Source: Caldisphaera sp.
GTDB lineage: Archaea > Thermoproteota > Thermoprotei_A > Sulfolobales > Acidilobaceae
Direction of reading: 5' to 3'
Length of the DNA stretch: 64,000 nucleotides
Assembly (NCBI GenBank): GCA_049971805.1
Contig: JBMFKU010000007.1
Location: 1-64,000 of the forward strand
Positions 32,002-41,972 of this stretch are shown here, in pieces; position 1 is the first letter of the stretch; the number at the start of each line of letters is the position of its first letter. A model generated the notes under the pieces. The model was not told the DNA's origin. It made no database searches and saw only the letters and a program-made list of their open reading frames with translations. Both the position numbers and the translations under genes were made by a program.

Positions 32002-33150
32002 TTGAATCCGTCAATAGCTGACCTGCCATTGCATAATGGTCATGTGCCCCCTTGGATGCTTAAAATTATGAAAGAAATGGCTACTCAAATAACAAAATTT
32101 ATAATAGAGGAAAGAGGACCAGATTCATTAGTTAATGCCCTGTCAGATCCTCTTTGGTTTCAGGCATTTAACAACATAATAGGAATGGACTGGGATAGTA
32201 GCGGAAGCACAACTGTTGTACTCTCATTACTAAAAGACATTAGTTGGAACAATGACTTAGGATTTATAGTTTTTGGAGGGAAGGGAAGCAACATGATAAA
32301 TATAAAAAATGAATGGGCCATTATGGAAAGAAGATTAAATAATATACACAAAGAAGATATTATAAAGTTCAGCAAACTATCTGCGAGAGCTGATTCGGCT
32401 TTTTTACAAGATGGTTATGATATTTACATACATTCAGTTATAGTTTCTTTAGAAAGCAAAAACATGATCACAGTCCAGCAAGGTATGAATTTGAATTCAC
32501 TTATGGCAAGACGATATCATATAAATAAATTTAATATTGAAAACCCCCATAGCGGTATAATTGGTAGTAAGGAAAAGGTAGTTATTGATGCAACATCTAT
32601 AAACAGTAGAAGGGCCAGAAAGGTATTTATAGATATAATTTCTGAAGGTGAAAGGAAATTCCAATCAAATTTAATTCAGGCATACAATGTAATAACTGGT
32701 AAGAAGACCTTAGATTATTTTATTGATGGAAACAATAAGAATAATTCAATTATAAATTATTATTATCCTATCAAACCTTCAAGCAGGCTAATTGATACTG
32801 TTAAAGAACTATCAAAATACAAGCCAAGTAATGATTTAGAACTTGCGTTGGCACCAAGGGTTGGACCATCATTAATTAGGGCTTTAGCTTTAATTTCAGA
32901 TGTAATTTATTCAACCCCAATATCAAATCAAGATCCAGTAAACCTTTCTTTAGATCCATTTGGTTATTCATATACAATAGGAGGAAAGGATGGTATACCT
33001 TTTCCTTTTGATGCAAAAACTGCCTTAGAGGCGATTGAATTTTTAAGAAATGCTCTGGAAGAAGCTAAAATTGGAGATAAAATAAAGAAAAGAAGCCTGA
33101 TGAATTTAAACAGTTTTATTAAAAAGATTAAAATTTCTAATATGAAATAA
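32002..33150 (+). CDS. DUF763 family protein
   Basis: ADLPLHNGHVPPW, GMDWDSSGSTT, QDGYDIYIH, VQQGMN, GGKDGIPFP. Confidence 0.92.
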   Translation: MNPSIADLPLHNGHVPPWMLKIMKEMATQITKFIIEERGPDSLVNALSDPLWFQAFNNIIGMDWDSSGSTTVVLSLLKDISWNNDLGFIVFGGKGSNMINIKNEWAIMERRLNNIHKEDIIKFSKLSARADSAFLQDGYDIYIHSVIVSLESKNMITVQQGMNLNSLMARRYHINKFNIENPHSGIIGSKEKVVIDATSINSRRARKVFIDIISEGERKFQSNLIQAYNVITGKKTLDYFIDGNNKNNSIINYYYPIKPSSRLIDTVKELSKYKPSNDLELALAPRVGPSLIRALALISDVIYSTPISNQDPVNLSLDPFGYSYTIGGKDGIPFPFDAKTALEAIEFLRNALEEAKIGDKIKKRSLMNLNSFIKKIKISNMK

Positions 33151-33172
33151 AATTACATAAAGGGTGTAATTA

Positions 33173-33772
33173 ATGAAAATATTGCACATAAGTGATGTTC
33201 ATTGTGATTATGAAAACCTAAATATGCTATTTAATGAAGAGAAAATCTATGATATAGCTGTTTTTACAGGTGATTTCCAATGCATCAAGTCAGCAGAGAT
33301 TTTTTTAAATCTATTTAAAAATCCCATTGCAGTAACTGGTAATGTTGATGATGTATCGATAATGAGGATTTTAGATAAGAATGGGGTTCTTTTAGACGGC
33401 AGAATAAAAACAATTAACAACTTATTATTTGCTGGAATAGGTGGAATAGATCCAAGAACAAACATAATATCAATAAAGAAAAAATTAGAAACTGCAAGGA
33501 AAAAAATCGATATATTACTTTCACATAATCCACCTCATGGAATACTTGACAAAACAATATTTGGAATTGGAGCAGGGCTAAAAGAAATTAACGAAATTAA
33601 TTCTTTATATAACCCTAGGTTACATTTATTTGGTCACATACATGAAAGCCATGGATTTATAACAGATAAAGGTATCACATACGTAAACCCTGGACCTTTA
33701 AAAAGCGGATTTTATGCCTTAATTGATATTAATGATAATATAATAGTAGAACTGAAAAAACTGAGTTCATAA
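33173..33772 (+). CDS. Calcineurin-like metallophosphoesterase
   Basis: SDVH, GD, GNVD, SHNPP, GHIHE, NPG. Confidence 0.92.
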   Translation: MKILHISDVHCDYENLNMLFNEEKIYDIAVFTGDFQCIKSAEIFLNLFKNPIAVTGNVDDVSIMRILDKNGVLLDGRIKTINNLLFAGIGGIDPRTNIISIKKKLETARKKIDILLSHNPPHGILDKTIFGIGAGLKEINEINSLYNPRLHLFGHIHESHGFITDKGITYVNPGPLKSGFYALIDINDNIIVELKKLSS

Positions 33773-33799
33773 AAGAAATGAGTTTAAAATTTTTTGACT

Positions 33800-35722
33800 C
33801 TAAGAACTATTAATAAAATTCTCAACATCAGGCATAATTTCATTAAATTCTTGTAAATTCTTTGTAATTTTATTATATTTTAACTTTAACAGCTTCTTTA
33901 TTTCTCCATAGATGTATCTGTAATCTATTAAAAAATATACTGCTTTATCACTAGGATTTCTAATAGCCCTTCCTAAGGCTTGTTTGATTCTTATGTAAGC
34001 AGTTATCTTATATAAATAAAATTTAGTTCTTGTAATTCCTAGTCTCTTTGATAATACCTGTTCTCTTGATACAAAATAGGTATCCCTTTGAGGGTATGGT
34101 ATCCCTACTATAGAAACTGCCTTTATTTTGCTTTTTCCATTTTCTGATATTTCTATACCTTCAGTAATCTTACCTCCTGCAACAGCATTTATACCTATAT
34201 TATAATCATTTTTTATACTATTAATCAGCGAACTTAATGATGTATTTTTTCCTTCATTTAAATACGATGTATTTTTATCCATCATAGATACTATCTTGTT
34301 CATTATATCATAGCTAGGAAATACATTTAACTTTATACCATTTATACGTTTATTTATTTGGCTTAGATAATAGGCTATTCTTTTAAACATTGTATCGCTC
34401 CTTGATTTATATAGTGATGTTACGTCCCCAATAACAACAGTAATTATATCACCAATTTTACTATTAGAACCTATCATTATTTCACTATCAAATACCACTT
34501 TGTTCTTATTAATATTTAATAATTCATTAACAAAATCTCCGGGCGGTATAGTACCACTCATTAATATAGCAGATCTTGCTTTTTGCAATGGATTGCTTAC
34601 AACGCTAGCAGGATCAAGAGGCATGGCTATTAGCCTGTAAATTCTGTCTTCTGTAGATGAAAAAACAAAAGTATTTTCACTTTTTATGGTGTTTAACCAA
34701 GAAACAATCCTAGTTAAGCTAACCTTTATGTTTCTTATGCTATTTGTTTGAAATAATGCATTTTTAAATTTCCTCTCTCTTATATCATCAGCAACATCAG
34801 ATATAATGTCAGTATAACCTATAATATCCTCAAATAATTTCTTATCTATCTTTTTTACCATATCATCATAGCTCGGCTTTACATTTTTTACGATTTCATA
34901 TAATTTTAAAATAATTTTTTCTACCTCTGTATTTAAGTAACCATTTTCTTTTAGTTCATTGATAGAATTTTCTATATCTCTTAATGAAATTTTATTTTCT
35001 AAAATGCTATTTGCATTCATTAAGCTATGGGCTTCATCAACAACAACTACTAATTTATTTGTATCAATAGATTCTAGAACCCTTTCAAATATTTCCTCTT
35101 TAAAAAAATACGGGTATGTTGCTATGATAAACCTTACATCTTTTGAAAGCTCTGCCAGTGAAAAAAATGGACAAGCACCTAGTTTATTTGAAATATAATG
35201 TGCCTTATTATATGCACTATTATTTAACTCCAAGGTATTTAAATCATTCCAAAGCTCTTCATTAGAAATTGATAATGTTTTTCTATAATAATCGCACTTA
35301 TCATTAATTCTGACTAATCTGCAATTTTCCCAAAAATCCTCATTATATAATCCAGTTTCTTCATCACTATCAGACAATCCAAAAATTGGGCAAGTTCTCT
35401 TAGCACTAAACAAGAAAGAATAGCTAAACTTAAACCTACTAAGCTCTCTTATTATAGGATCTATTTCATTTACAGTCCTAACCAACCAAAGAACCTTTTC
35501 TGCATTACTATCATTTATTCCTTTTATAACAGCAGCTGTCTTGCCAAAGCCTGTTGGAGCATTTATAACTGCTAATATCCCGTTGTTGACTGCATCTCTA
35601 ACTATTTCTGATAATTCCTTCTGACCTGGTCTTAGGCTTTCATATGGAAATAATACAAATTCTTTGTCTATGTTATTCTCCAATGATTTCAATCTCCAGC
35701 CTCCTCCTTCTTGGTCCATCAA
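33800..35722 (-). CDS. xpd: XPD/Rad3-like Fe-S DNA helicase (true start probably TTG near 35683)
   Basis: Q motif RPGQ, APTGFGKT, four Fe-S Cys, DEAH, MSGT, QALGRAIR. Confidence 0.9.
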   Translation of the reverse strand: MMDQEGGGWRLKSLENNIDKEFVLFPYESLRPGQKELSEIVRDAVNNGILAVINAPTGFGKTAAVIKGINDSNAEKVLWLVRTVNEIDPIIRELSRFKFSYSFLFSAKRTCPIFGLSDSDEETGLYNEDFWENCRLVRINDKCDYYRKTLSISNEELWNDLNTLELNNSAYNKAHYISNKLGACPFFSLAELSKDVRFIIATYPYFFKEEIFERVLESIDTNKLVVVVDEAHSLMNANSILENKISLRDIENSINELKENGYLNTEVEKIILKLYEIVKNVKPSYDDMVKKIDKKLFEDIIGYTDIISDVADDIRERKFKNALFQTNSIRNIKVSLTRIVSWLNTIKSENTFVFSSTEDRIYRLIAMPLDPASVVSNPLQKARSAILMSGTIPPGDFVNELLNINKNKVVFDSEIMIGSNSKIGDIITVVIGDVTSLYKSRSDTMFKRIAYYLSQINKRINGIKLNVFPSYDIMNKIVSMMDKNTSYLNEGKNTSLSSLINSIKNDYNIGINAVAGGKITEGIEISENGKSKIKAVSIVGIPYPQRDTYFVSREQVLSKRLGITRTKFYLYKITAYIRIKQALGRAIRNPSDKAVYFLIDYRYIYGEIKKLLKLKYNKITKNLQEFNEIMPDVENFINSS

Positions 35723-36083
35723 GCTCTATCAATAAAACCCTCTGCCAAGTACCAAGAGATAGTCTGCTATCTTTAATAATAACACACCTTGAATTACCAA
35801 TAAAAACAGATGCTAAATGAGCATGAGCATTATCATCTATTTTATTATGATTCCATAAAAAATCAGGTTTAAACAAATCTTTTATTATTTTAATTATATC
35901 ATTGATTAGATTGGGCTCATTTTCATTTATAGATATTGCTGAAGTTGTATGAGGTACGCTTATAACCATTATGCCTTCTTTTATTTTTTCCTTATCTATA
36001 ATTTTTTTCAATCTATCAGTTATATCTATTACTTCTATTCTTTCATGAGTATCGACAATGTCTTCGAAATAGGAAATTTTCAA
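35673..36083 (-). CDS. yjbQ: YjbQ/UPF0047 secondary thiamine-phosphate synthase family
   Basis: PHTTSAISINENE, DNAHAHL, LGTWQ..LLIELDGPR. Confidence 0.93.
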   Translation of the reverse strand: MKISYFEDIVDTHERIEVIDITDRLKKIIDKEKIKEGIMVISVPHTTSAISINENEPNLINDIIKIIKDLFKPDFLWNHNKIDDNAHAHLASVFIGNSRCVIIKDSRLSLGTWQRVLLIELDGPRRRRLEIEIIGE

Positions 36084-36170
36084 AGTCCTACCCTAAATAA
36101 AAATTTATTACGGAAACTTTAAAATCTTTAAAATTTTTGTTATTAATAAAATTAAGATAAATTAAAGTAA

Positions 36171-36416
36171 TCATTTAGCCCATGGTGCAGGGCATTGAGC
36201 TATGCCAATTAATGATTCTAGAGGTTTTGGCTTTATGCATATTACTCCTGAATTGTCATCTATTTCTACAATGAAATCTTTACCGAATTTTTCAATTATA
36301 TGCTTCTTTACATATAAATTCAAAGGAAGCGTATAATACTCATATTCATATGATTTTCCATTAATATCTTTTCTACCTTTTAATTCTTTTGCTCTAACCT
36401 TTCTGTCTCTTACCAT
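36171..36416 (-). CDS. Small basic conserved hypothetical protein, possibly swapped-hairpin/AbrB-like DNA binder
   Basis: GKSYEYEYYTLPLNLYVKKHIIEKFG.DFIVE...ICIKP; SD-like AGGTGA upstream. Confidence 0.65.
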   Translation of the reverse strand: MVRDRKVRAKELKGRKDINGKSYEYEYYTLPLNLYVKKHIIEKFGKDFIVEIDDNSGVICIKPKPLESLIGIAQCPAPWAK

Positions 36417-36516
36417 TTTTTATCACCTTTCTCTTAATGAAATATTATTTAGAGCTTAAATACTTAAACACTAAGCTTTATTTATATATTTTGACTTAAA
36501 AGATAAATTAACGATA

Positions 36517-36546
36517 AATATGTATATATTTGTATATATACATATT
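36517..36546. promoter_or_regulatory. 13-bp perfect inverted repeat between the divergent small gene and tes
   Basis: AATATGTATATAT-ttgt-ATATATACATATT. Confidence 0.4.
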
Positions 36547-36681
36547 AGAAAACTATATCAAATATTTATATAATATTTATAACAAAATTAAATTAAATGC
36601 TAAATCTTAAAAACAGTGTTCAGACTTATATATTTGAGCACTTAACAAAATATTATACAAGAGCTTTGGAGGTTAGGATAT

Positions 36682-38475
36682 TTGACAGTAATTGAGGTTG
36701 GAAAGAAAAAAGAAACATCGAATAAAGAACTTAAAAACGAACACAAAATTCTACCAGCGCCAGGTAAATTAATAGTAAGAGGAAATAACGCCTATGTAGA
36801 AATTGCTGAAAGAAAAATACCTATTGGAGGTCCAATGCCAAAACTAAACGAAAATGAAAAGCACCTTCATTACACAACAAGCCTATGCCCTGTGTGTATG
36901 AGATTATTACCAGCAAGAGTATTTGAAAGAGATGGAAAAGTATATTTAAGAAAAGTCTGCCCAGAGCACGGAGAATTTGAAGAGTTATATTATGGAGATT
37001 CTAAATTATATACGCGTATGATGAAATTTGAAGAAACTGGGAAAGGAGCAGGTAAAATAAAGGCATATGTAAATCTAACTGCACCTTGTCCTTATAATTG
37101 TGGTTTTTGTTCCATGCATGAAAATCATACAGCACTAGCAAATCTTGTGGTAACAAACAGGTGCAACTTAAGTTGTTATTATTGCTTCTTCTATGCAGAA
37201 AAAGCTGGTTATATTTATGAACCAAGCATAGAACTGCTAAGATACCAAATAGAGCAACTTAAAAAACAAGGGGTTACAATGGCAATTCAAATAACTGGAG
37301 GAGAACCAACATTAAGAGATGATTTACCTGAAATAGTTAAAATGCTAAGAGAAGAAGGAGTAAGGCATATTCAATTAAACACAGCAGGAATAAAGTTTGC
37401 AGAGCTGTACTTTAATGATCCACAAGCTGCAATTAATTATTCAAGAACTTTAAGGGAAGCCGGTGTAAACACGGTTTATCTAAGCTTTGATGGAGTATCG
37501 GCAAAGGTAAACTTTAAAAATCATTGGGAAATACCCTACATTTTTGAAGTATTTAGAAAGTCAGGTATGACCAGTGTTGTTTTAGTTCCAACATTAATAA
37601 AAGGATATAACGATAAGGAAATAGGAAAAATATTAAAATTTGCAGGAAAGCATATTGATATAGTTAGAGCTGTAAACTTCCAACCAGTTAGTCTTTCTGG
37701 ACAATTAAAGAAGCAAGAAAGAGAAAAGCTTAGGATTACAATAGCAGATGCAATAATAAATATTGAAGAGCAGACAGATGGACAAATTCCGAGGGATACT
37801 TGGTATCCTATTCCAGTGGCAGCAAAATTTGCAAAGTTTATAGAAGTCTCGACAGATAATCAACAATTCTGTATGTCCAACCATCCTGCATGCGGATCTG
37901 CAAACTATGTATTTATAGAGAGAGACCAAAACGGGATTCCTACAAGATTTATACCGATAGGCTCTTTCTTTGATGTAGATGGCTTTTTAGAATATCTTGA
38001 TAAAGAAAGGATAGATATTTTAGATAGCAAATTTAAGAAGCTACACCTATTAAAAGGAATTATTGATTTAAGAAAATTTGTAGACCAAGAAAAAATGCCC
38101 AAAGATTTAAAGTTTAACAAATTGCTAGCAAGTATATTTTTAAAGAGAAATTATGATGCTTTAGGTCAATTACATTATCACATGCTTTTCATAGGAATGA
38201 TGCACTTTATGGACTTATATAACTATGATGTGGAAAGAGTAAGGAGATGCAATATAAGCTATTTAATGCCTGATGGAAGGGTTGTGCCTTTCTGTGCATA
38301 TAATGTAATGGAATCTTTATATAGAGATTATGTCCAATCTAAATATAAGAAATTAGAATTAAACTCGAACGAAATGAAATCATTTACACCTGGAGAAAAA
38401 TACAATAGATCAAAGTATATAATTAGAATAAATAAGGATCCATTGTATCATGAAACATACAAGGGTCTTTTATGA
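36682..38475 (+). CDS. tes: Tetraether lipid synthase Tes/GDGT-MAS (MJ0619-family radical SAM)
   Basis: TTSLCPVC...CPEHG, CPYNCGFC..H, CNLSCYYC, HFMDLYNYDVERVRRC...DGRVVPFCAYN. Confidence 0.92.
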   Translation: MTVIEVGKKKETSNKELKNEHKILPAPGKLIVRGNNAYVEIAERKIPIGGPMPKLNENEKHLHYTTSLCPVCMRLLPARVFERDGKVYLRKVCPEHGEFEELYYGDSKLYTRMMKFEETGKGAGKIKAYVNLTAPCPYNCGFCSMHENHTALANLVVTNRCNLSCYYCFFYAEKAGYIYEPSIELLRYQIEQLKKQGVTMAIQITGGEPTLRDDLPEIVKMLREEGVRHIQLNTAGIKFAELYFNDPQAAINYSRTLREAGVNTVYLSFDGVSAKVNFKNHWEIPYIFEVFRKSGMTSVVLVPTLIKGYNDKEIGKILKFAGKHIDIVRAVNFQPVSLSGQLKKQEREKLRITIADAIINIEEQTDGQIPRDTWYPIPVAAKFAKFIEVSTDNQQFCMSNHPACGSANYVFIERDQNGIPTRFIPIGSFFDVDGFLEYLDKERIDILDSKFKKLHLLKGIIDLRKFVDQEKMPKDLKFNKLLASIFLKRNYDALGQLHYHMLFIGMMHFMDLYNYDVERVRRCNISYLMPDGRVVPFCAYNVMESLYRDYVQSKYKKLELNSNEMKSFTPGEKYNRSKYIIRINKDPLYHETYKGLL

Positions 38476-38509
38476 GTCAAGCATAATATTTTTATTGAAA
38501 ATGCTTGAA

Positions 38510-39178
38510 CTAAATTAATGGTTTTTTAGGTTTTAATACAATATACCTAATGCTTACCCAATTATAACATAATCTTTTAACTTCCTTTAAACTTAGCTCA
38601 GCCTTAATATCATCTAAAAGATCATTCTCAAAAATGCTTACCCCTCTGCCAAAAATAAATGGAGAAACAGTAGCCCATATCTCATCAACAAGACCGTTAC
38701 TCAATAAAGAAAAGTTTAAATGGCCTCCCCCTTCAATCATTAAACGCCTTATACCAAATTCATATAGTTTATTCATAGCTTCATTTAAATCTAAACCAAC
38801 CGATTCATTTACTTTAACAATATTAATCCCCTTTCTAATAAATTTTTCAAGCTTTTCATATGGGTTGTTAACCGATGTTATCAAAATACTTCTTCTAGGT
38901 TGATTAAAAACTTCCGCATCTTCTGAAACCTTTAATCTAGAATCTACCACTATTCTTATTGGTGAAACCCCTTTTACTAACCTAACAGTTAAACTTGGAT
39001 TATCTTTAATTATAGTATTTGCGCCAACCATTACTGCATCAACTTTAGATCTTAATTCATGCTGTTCTTTGAAATCTTCTTCACAACTTAATTTTGAATA
39101 TCCCTTACTATCTGCTATTTTGCCATCAACCGTTTCTGTAGAAAATATTATAGCATATGGTCTTGGCAATTTTTGCAC
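38510..39178 (-). CDS. RibD C-terminal-type pyrimidine reductase (ArfC/Rib7-like)
   Basis: TVDGKIA, DAVMVGANTIIKDNPSLTVR, LMIEGGG, LVDEI. Confidence 0.88.
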   Translation of the reverse strand: MQKLPRPYAIIFSTETVDGKIADSKGYSKLSCEEDFKEQHELRSKVDAVMVGANTIIKDNPSLTVRLVKGVSPIRIVVDSRLKVSEDAEVFNQPRRSILITSVNNPYEKLEKFIRKGINIVKVNESVGLDLNEAMNKLYEFGIRRLMIEGGGHLNFSLLSNGLVDEIWATVSPFIFGRGVSIFENDLLDDIKAELSLKEVKRLCYNWVSIRYIVLKPKKPLI

Positions 39179-39182
39179 CTTC

Positions 39183-39464
39183 CAGCTTTCTCTCCGCTCT
39201 GAAGGGCTAGTTCCCTAGATCTTAAGGGTTACCTATAGGAGCTACTCTGATTCCTCCCTATGTGGGAGTAAAGTTACAACTTCTCACACTTATTTAACCT
39301 AAGAGAGAAATCTCGCCCTCCTTTTTTAATTTGACAACGAGTAGAGACTTACTTCATATTGTGAAGAATACCCATTTGATGGCTATTGCTTATCTAATTA
39401 TTTAAAAAACAAACCTTAAAAGCATTATCCCCTAGAAGAGTGAGGTTTGCCGTTTATTTTATCA
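39183..39464 (-). mobile_element. Miniature non-autonomous IS200/IS605-type element, about 280 bp, no ORF
   Basis: On the minus strand it begins TGATAAAATAAACGGCAAACCTCACTCTTCTAGGGGAT and ends GGAACTAGCCCTTCAGAGCGGAGAGAAAGCTG, resembling recalled left and right ends of crenarchaeal tnpB-bearing IS605 elements. Confidence 0.65.
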
Positions 39465-39649
39465 TCTTAATGATCGAAAGTAAAGCGTTTCTTCTATATA
39501 AATTTGTTCTCTAATTCACGAAAATGTTGAGGCGTGATTGCTCCCTATATGAAGTTTGAGAAACACAGCTCTTCTTATAAATTCAACTTTTAAATATAAT
39601 ATAGCAAGCAATATTAATCAACTAGATACAGTAAAATAAGGCGGTTAAA

Positions 39650-40813
39650 ATGAGAGATGAAACTAAAGCTGTTTATAATGGCGAATTTAACGATAAATTT
39701 AATTCTATAATAAGCCCTATTTATTTAAGCACTGTCTATAAATACATAGATGAGGAAACATCAACAAAAAGCGATAGAAACATTACAATAAAGTATTATA
39801 GAGAAGAAAACCCAACGCTGAGGGAACTTGAAAGAAAAATTGCATTACTAGAAAATACTCAAGACTCCTTAGCTTTTGCAAGCGGAATGGCAGCTATATC
39901 TACATTAGGACTTGGACTATTAAAGAAAGATTCAAAAGTACTACTATTGAAAGAAATGTATGGATCTACCCTTCAATTCTTTGATGAAATAGCCAGAAAA
40001 TTTAATATAAAAATAATAAAAGTCATGCCAGATGCAGAAAGCATCGCAAATGCCTTAGAATCGAATAACATAGATTTAGCCATAATAGAAACTATAACAA
40101 ACCCCACATTAAAAGTTATTGATCTAACAAAATTAGAAAATACAATTAAGAGGAGCAATGTTTTGTTTATTGCTGATAATACATTTGCATCTTCCATTTT
40201 ACTTAAGCCAGCTAAATATGGATTTAACATAATAGTTCACAGCTCGACTAAATACATATCTGGACACAATGATACTATGGGTGGAATATTAGCCAGTAAT
40301 AAACAGACAATCGAAGAATTGTGGGAATGGAGAAGATTATTAGGTAATGCACAGCAACCTTTTGAAGCATTTTTAACTATACGTGGAATTAAAACACTGC
40401 CAATAAGGATTAAGCAACAATCAAACAATGCTAAAGCCATAGCTGAGTTTTTAAAAGACAACTCAAAGATTTCAAATGTTTATTATCCAGGTTTGAAAGA
40501 CAATCCTAGCCATAATATAGCAAAGAAGATATTTGAAATGCAATATTACAGTGGTGTCCTATCCTTCGAGTTAAAAAGCAATCTAAATGAAACTAAGAAA
40601 TTCCTAAGTAATTTAAAAATAATTAAACCATCACCAAGTCTTGGAGGAACTGAAAGCTTAGCTACTCTACCTGCAATTACTGCTGCAAGATATATAAATG
40701 AAGAAGATAAAAAATCATTAGGAATAAGCGAAAAACTAATAAGATTATCTGTAGGATTAGAAGATGCTGAAGATTTAATTGATGATCTGTCTCAAGCCCT
40801 TAGCAAGATTTAG
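39650..40813 (+). CDS. Cystathionine gamma-synthase/lyase family PLP enzyme
   Basis: Y.REENPT, FASGMAAI, ETITNP, DNTFAS, HSSTKYISGHND, SLGGTESL, RLSVGLED. Confidence 0.93.
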   Translation: MRDETKAVYNGEFNDKFNSIISPIYLSTVYKYIDEETSTKSDRNITIKYYREENPTLRELERKIALLENTQDSLAFASGMAAISTLGLGLLKKDSKVLLLKEMYGSTLQFFDEIARKFNIKIIKVMPDAESIANALESNNIDLAIIETITNPTLKVIDLTKLENTIKRSNVLFIADNTFASSILLKPAKYGFNIIVHSSTKYISGHNDTMGGILASNKQTIEELWEWRRLLGNAQQPFEAFLTIRGIKTLPIRIKQQSNNAKAIAEFLKDNSKISNVYYPGLKDNPSHNIAKKIFEMQYYSGVLSFELKSNLNETKKFLSNLKIIKPSPSLGGTESLATLPAITAARYINEEDKKSLGISEKLIRLSVGLEDAEDLIDDLSQALSKI

Positions 40814-40929
40814 TTAATCTGTAATTCTTAAATTAAAGGAAGAGCCTTTATTTAATAAAAACATTTCATAATTTTATTTAACTTTTAATTTTTATTTAAT
40901 AATCATGAAATCATTAATGGTGATAAATT

Positions 40930-41733
40930 TTGAGTTTGGTTAAAATTGAAAGATTATCTACTGGCATAACAAGTTTTGACAAGCTAATAGGTGGTGGAAT
41001 ACCTAGAGGTTTCTTTGTAGCAGTTGTAGGAGAGCCTGGAACAGGGAAAACAATATTTGCAATACATTATTCGTGGAAAGGTATATTAGATAATGACAAA
41101 GTAATATATGTAACAACAGAGGAAAGCAGAGAAAGCATAATAAGGCAAGCTAAAATGTTTGGAATGAACTTAGACGAAGCTGTAGATAACAATAAAATGA
41201 TTATAATTGATGCATTAATGAAAGCAACCAATGATGAATGGACACTAAATGAAACAGATATAGATGAACTTGTTAAAAAAATAATTGATGCTAAGAAGAA
41301 ATTAGGTTATGGAAGAGCAAGACTAGTAATAGACAGCATGTCAACATTTTGGCTAGATAAACCTGCCATGGCCAGAAAATACAGCTATTCTGTTAAAAGA
41401 GTTCTCTATAAATGGGACTTTACTGCCCTTCTAATAAGCCAATATGCTATAACTACATCAAGTGCCTTTGGATGGGGAGTAGAGCACGTAGCTGATGGAA
41501 TTATTAGATTTGGAAGAAAAATTGTTAATGGGGAATTAAAAAGATTTGTGTTAATAGAAAAATTAAGGCAAACATCTCACGACCTTAGAATTCACTTTAT
41601 TAGTATAGAGGACAAAATCGGCATGAAAATAGAAGAGGCAACACAACTAAGAAAGGAAGATATAGCATTACCAGAAAAGGTGAAAAGGCAAATAAAAGAA
41701 TCTAAGGAGTCATTAGAAAAAGAAAAGATATAA
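40930..41733 (+). CDS. Single-domain KaiC-like ATPase
   Basis: RLSTGI..FD.LIGGGIP, GEPGTGKT, YVTTEE, VIDS, EHVADGIIR, IEKLRQT. Confidence 0.92.
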   Translation: MSLVKIERLSTGITSFDKLIGGGIPRGFFVAVVGEPGTGKTIFAIHYSWKGILDNDKVIYVTTEESRESIIRQAKMFGMNLDEAVDNNKMIIIDALMKATNDEWTLNETDIDELVKKIIDAKKKLGYGRARLVIDSMSTFWLDKPAMARKYSYSVKRVLYKWDFTALLISQYAITTSSAFGWGVEHVADGIIRFGRKIVNGELKRFVLIEKLRQTSHDLRIHFISIEDKIGMKIEEATQLRKEDIALPEKVKRQIKESKESLEKEKI

Positions 41734-41972
41734 TAAAAAATTTCTATTGATATTGAAATAAGAAACTAGCCATTTATAACTTGATAATTTAAAATCAAAA
41801 TAGCTTTTTATAAAAATATTTTTAGATTTTCTTACAAAGTGATTTAATATTAACTATAAATTATAAGAAATTGATATATGGCTATATTAGAGAAGATGTA
41901 AAAAGGACTAAAGCCTAAATAATTGCTAAACTCTGGCATGTGAGGTAGCTCTTAAAAAACATAAAAGATTCT

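Noticed and set aside
39480-39580. Slightly GC-richer stretch considered as a C/D box sRNA
   Set aside because: No convincing RUGAUGA/CUGA box pair with correct spacing
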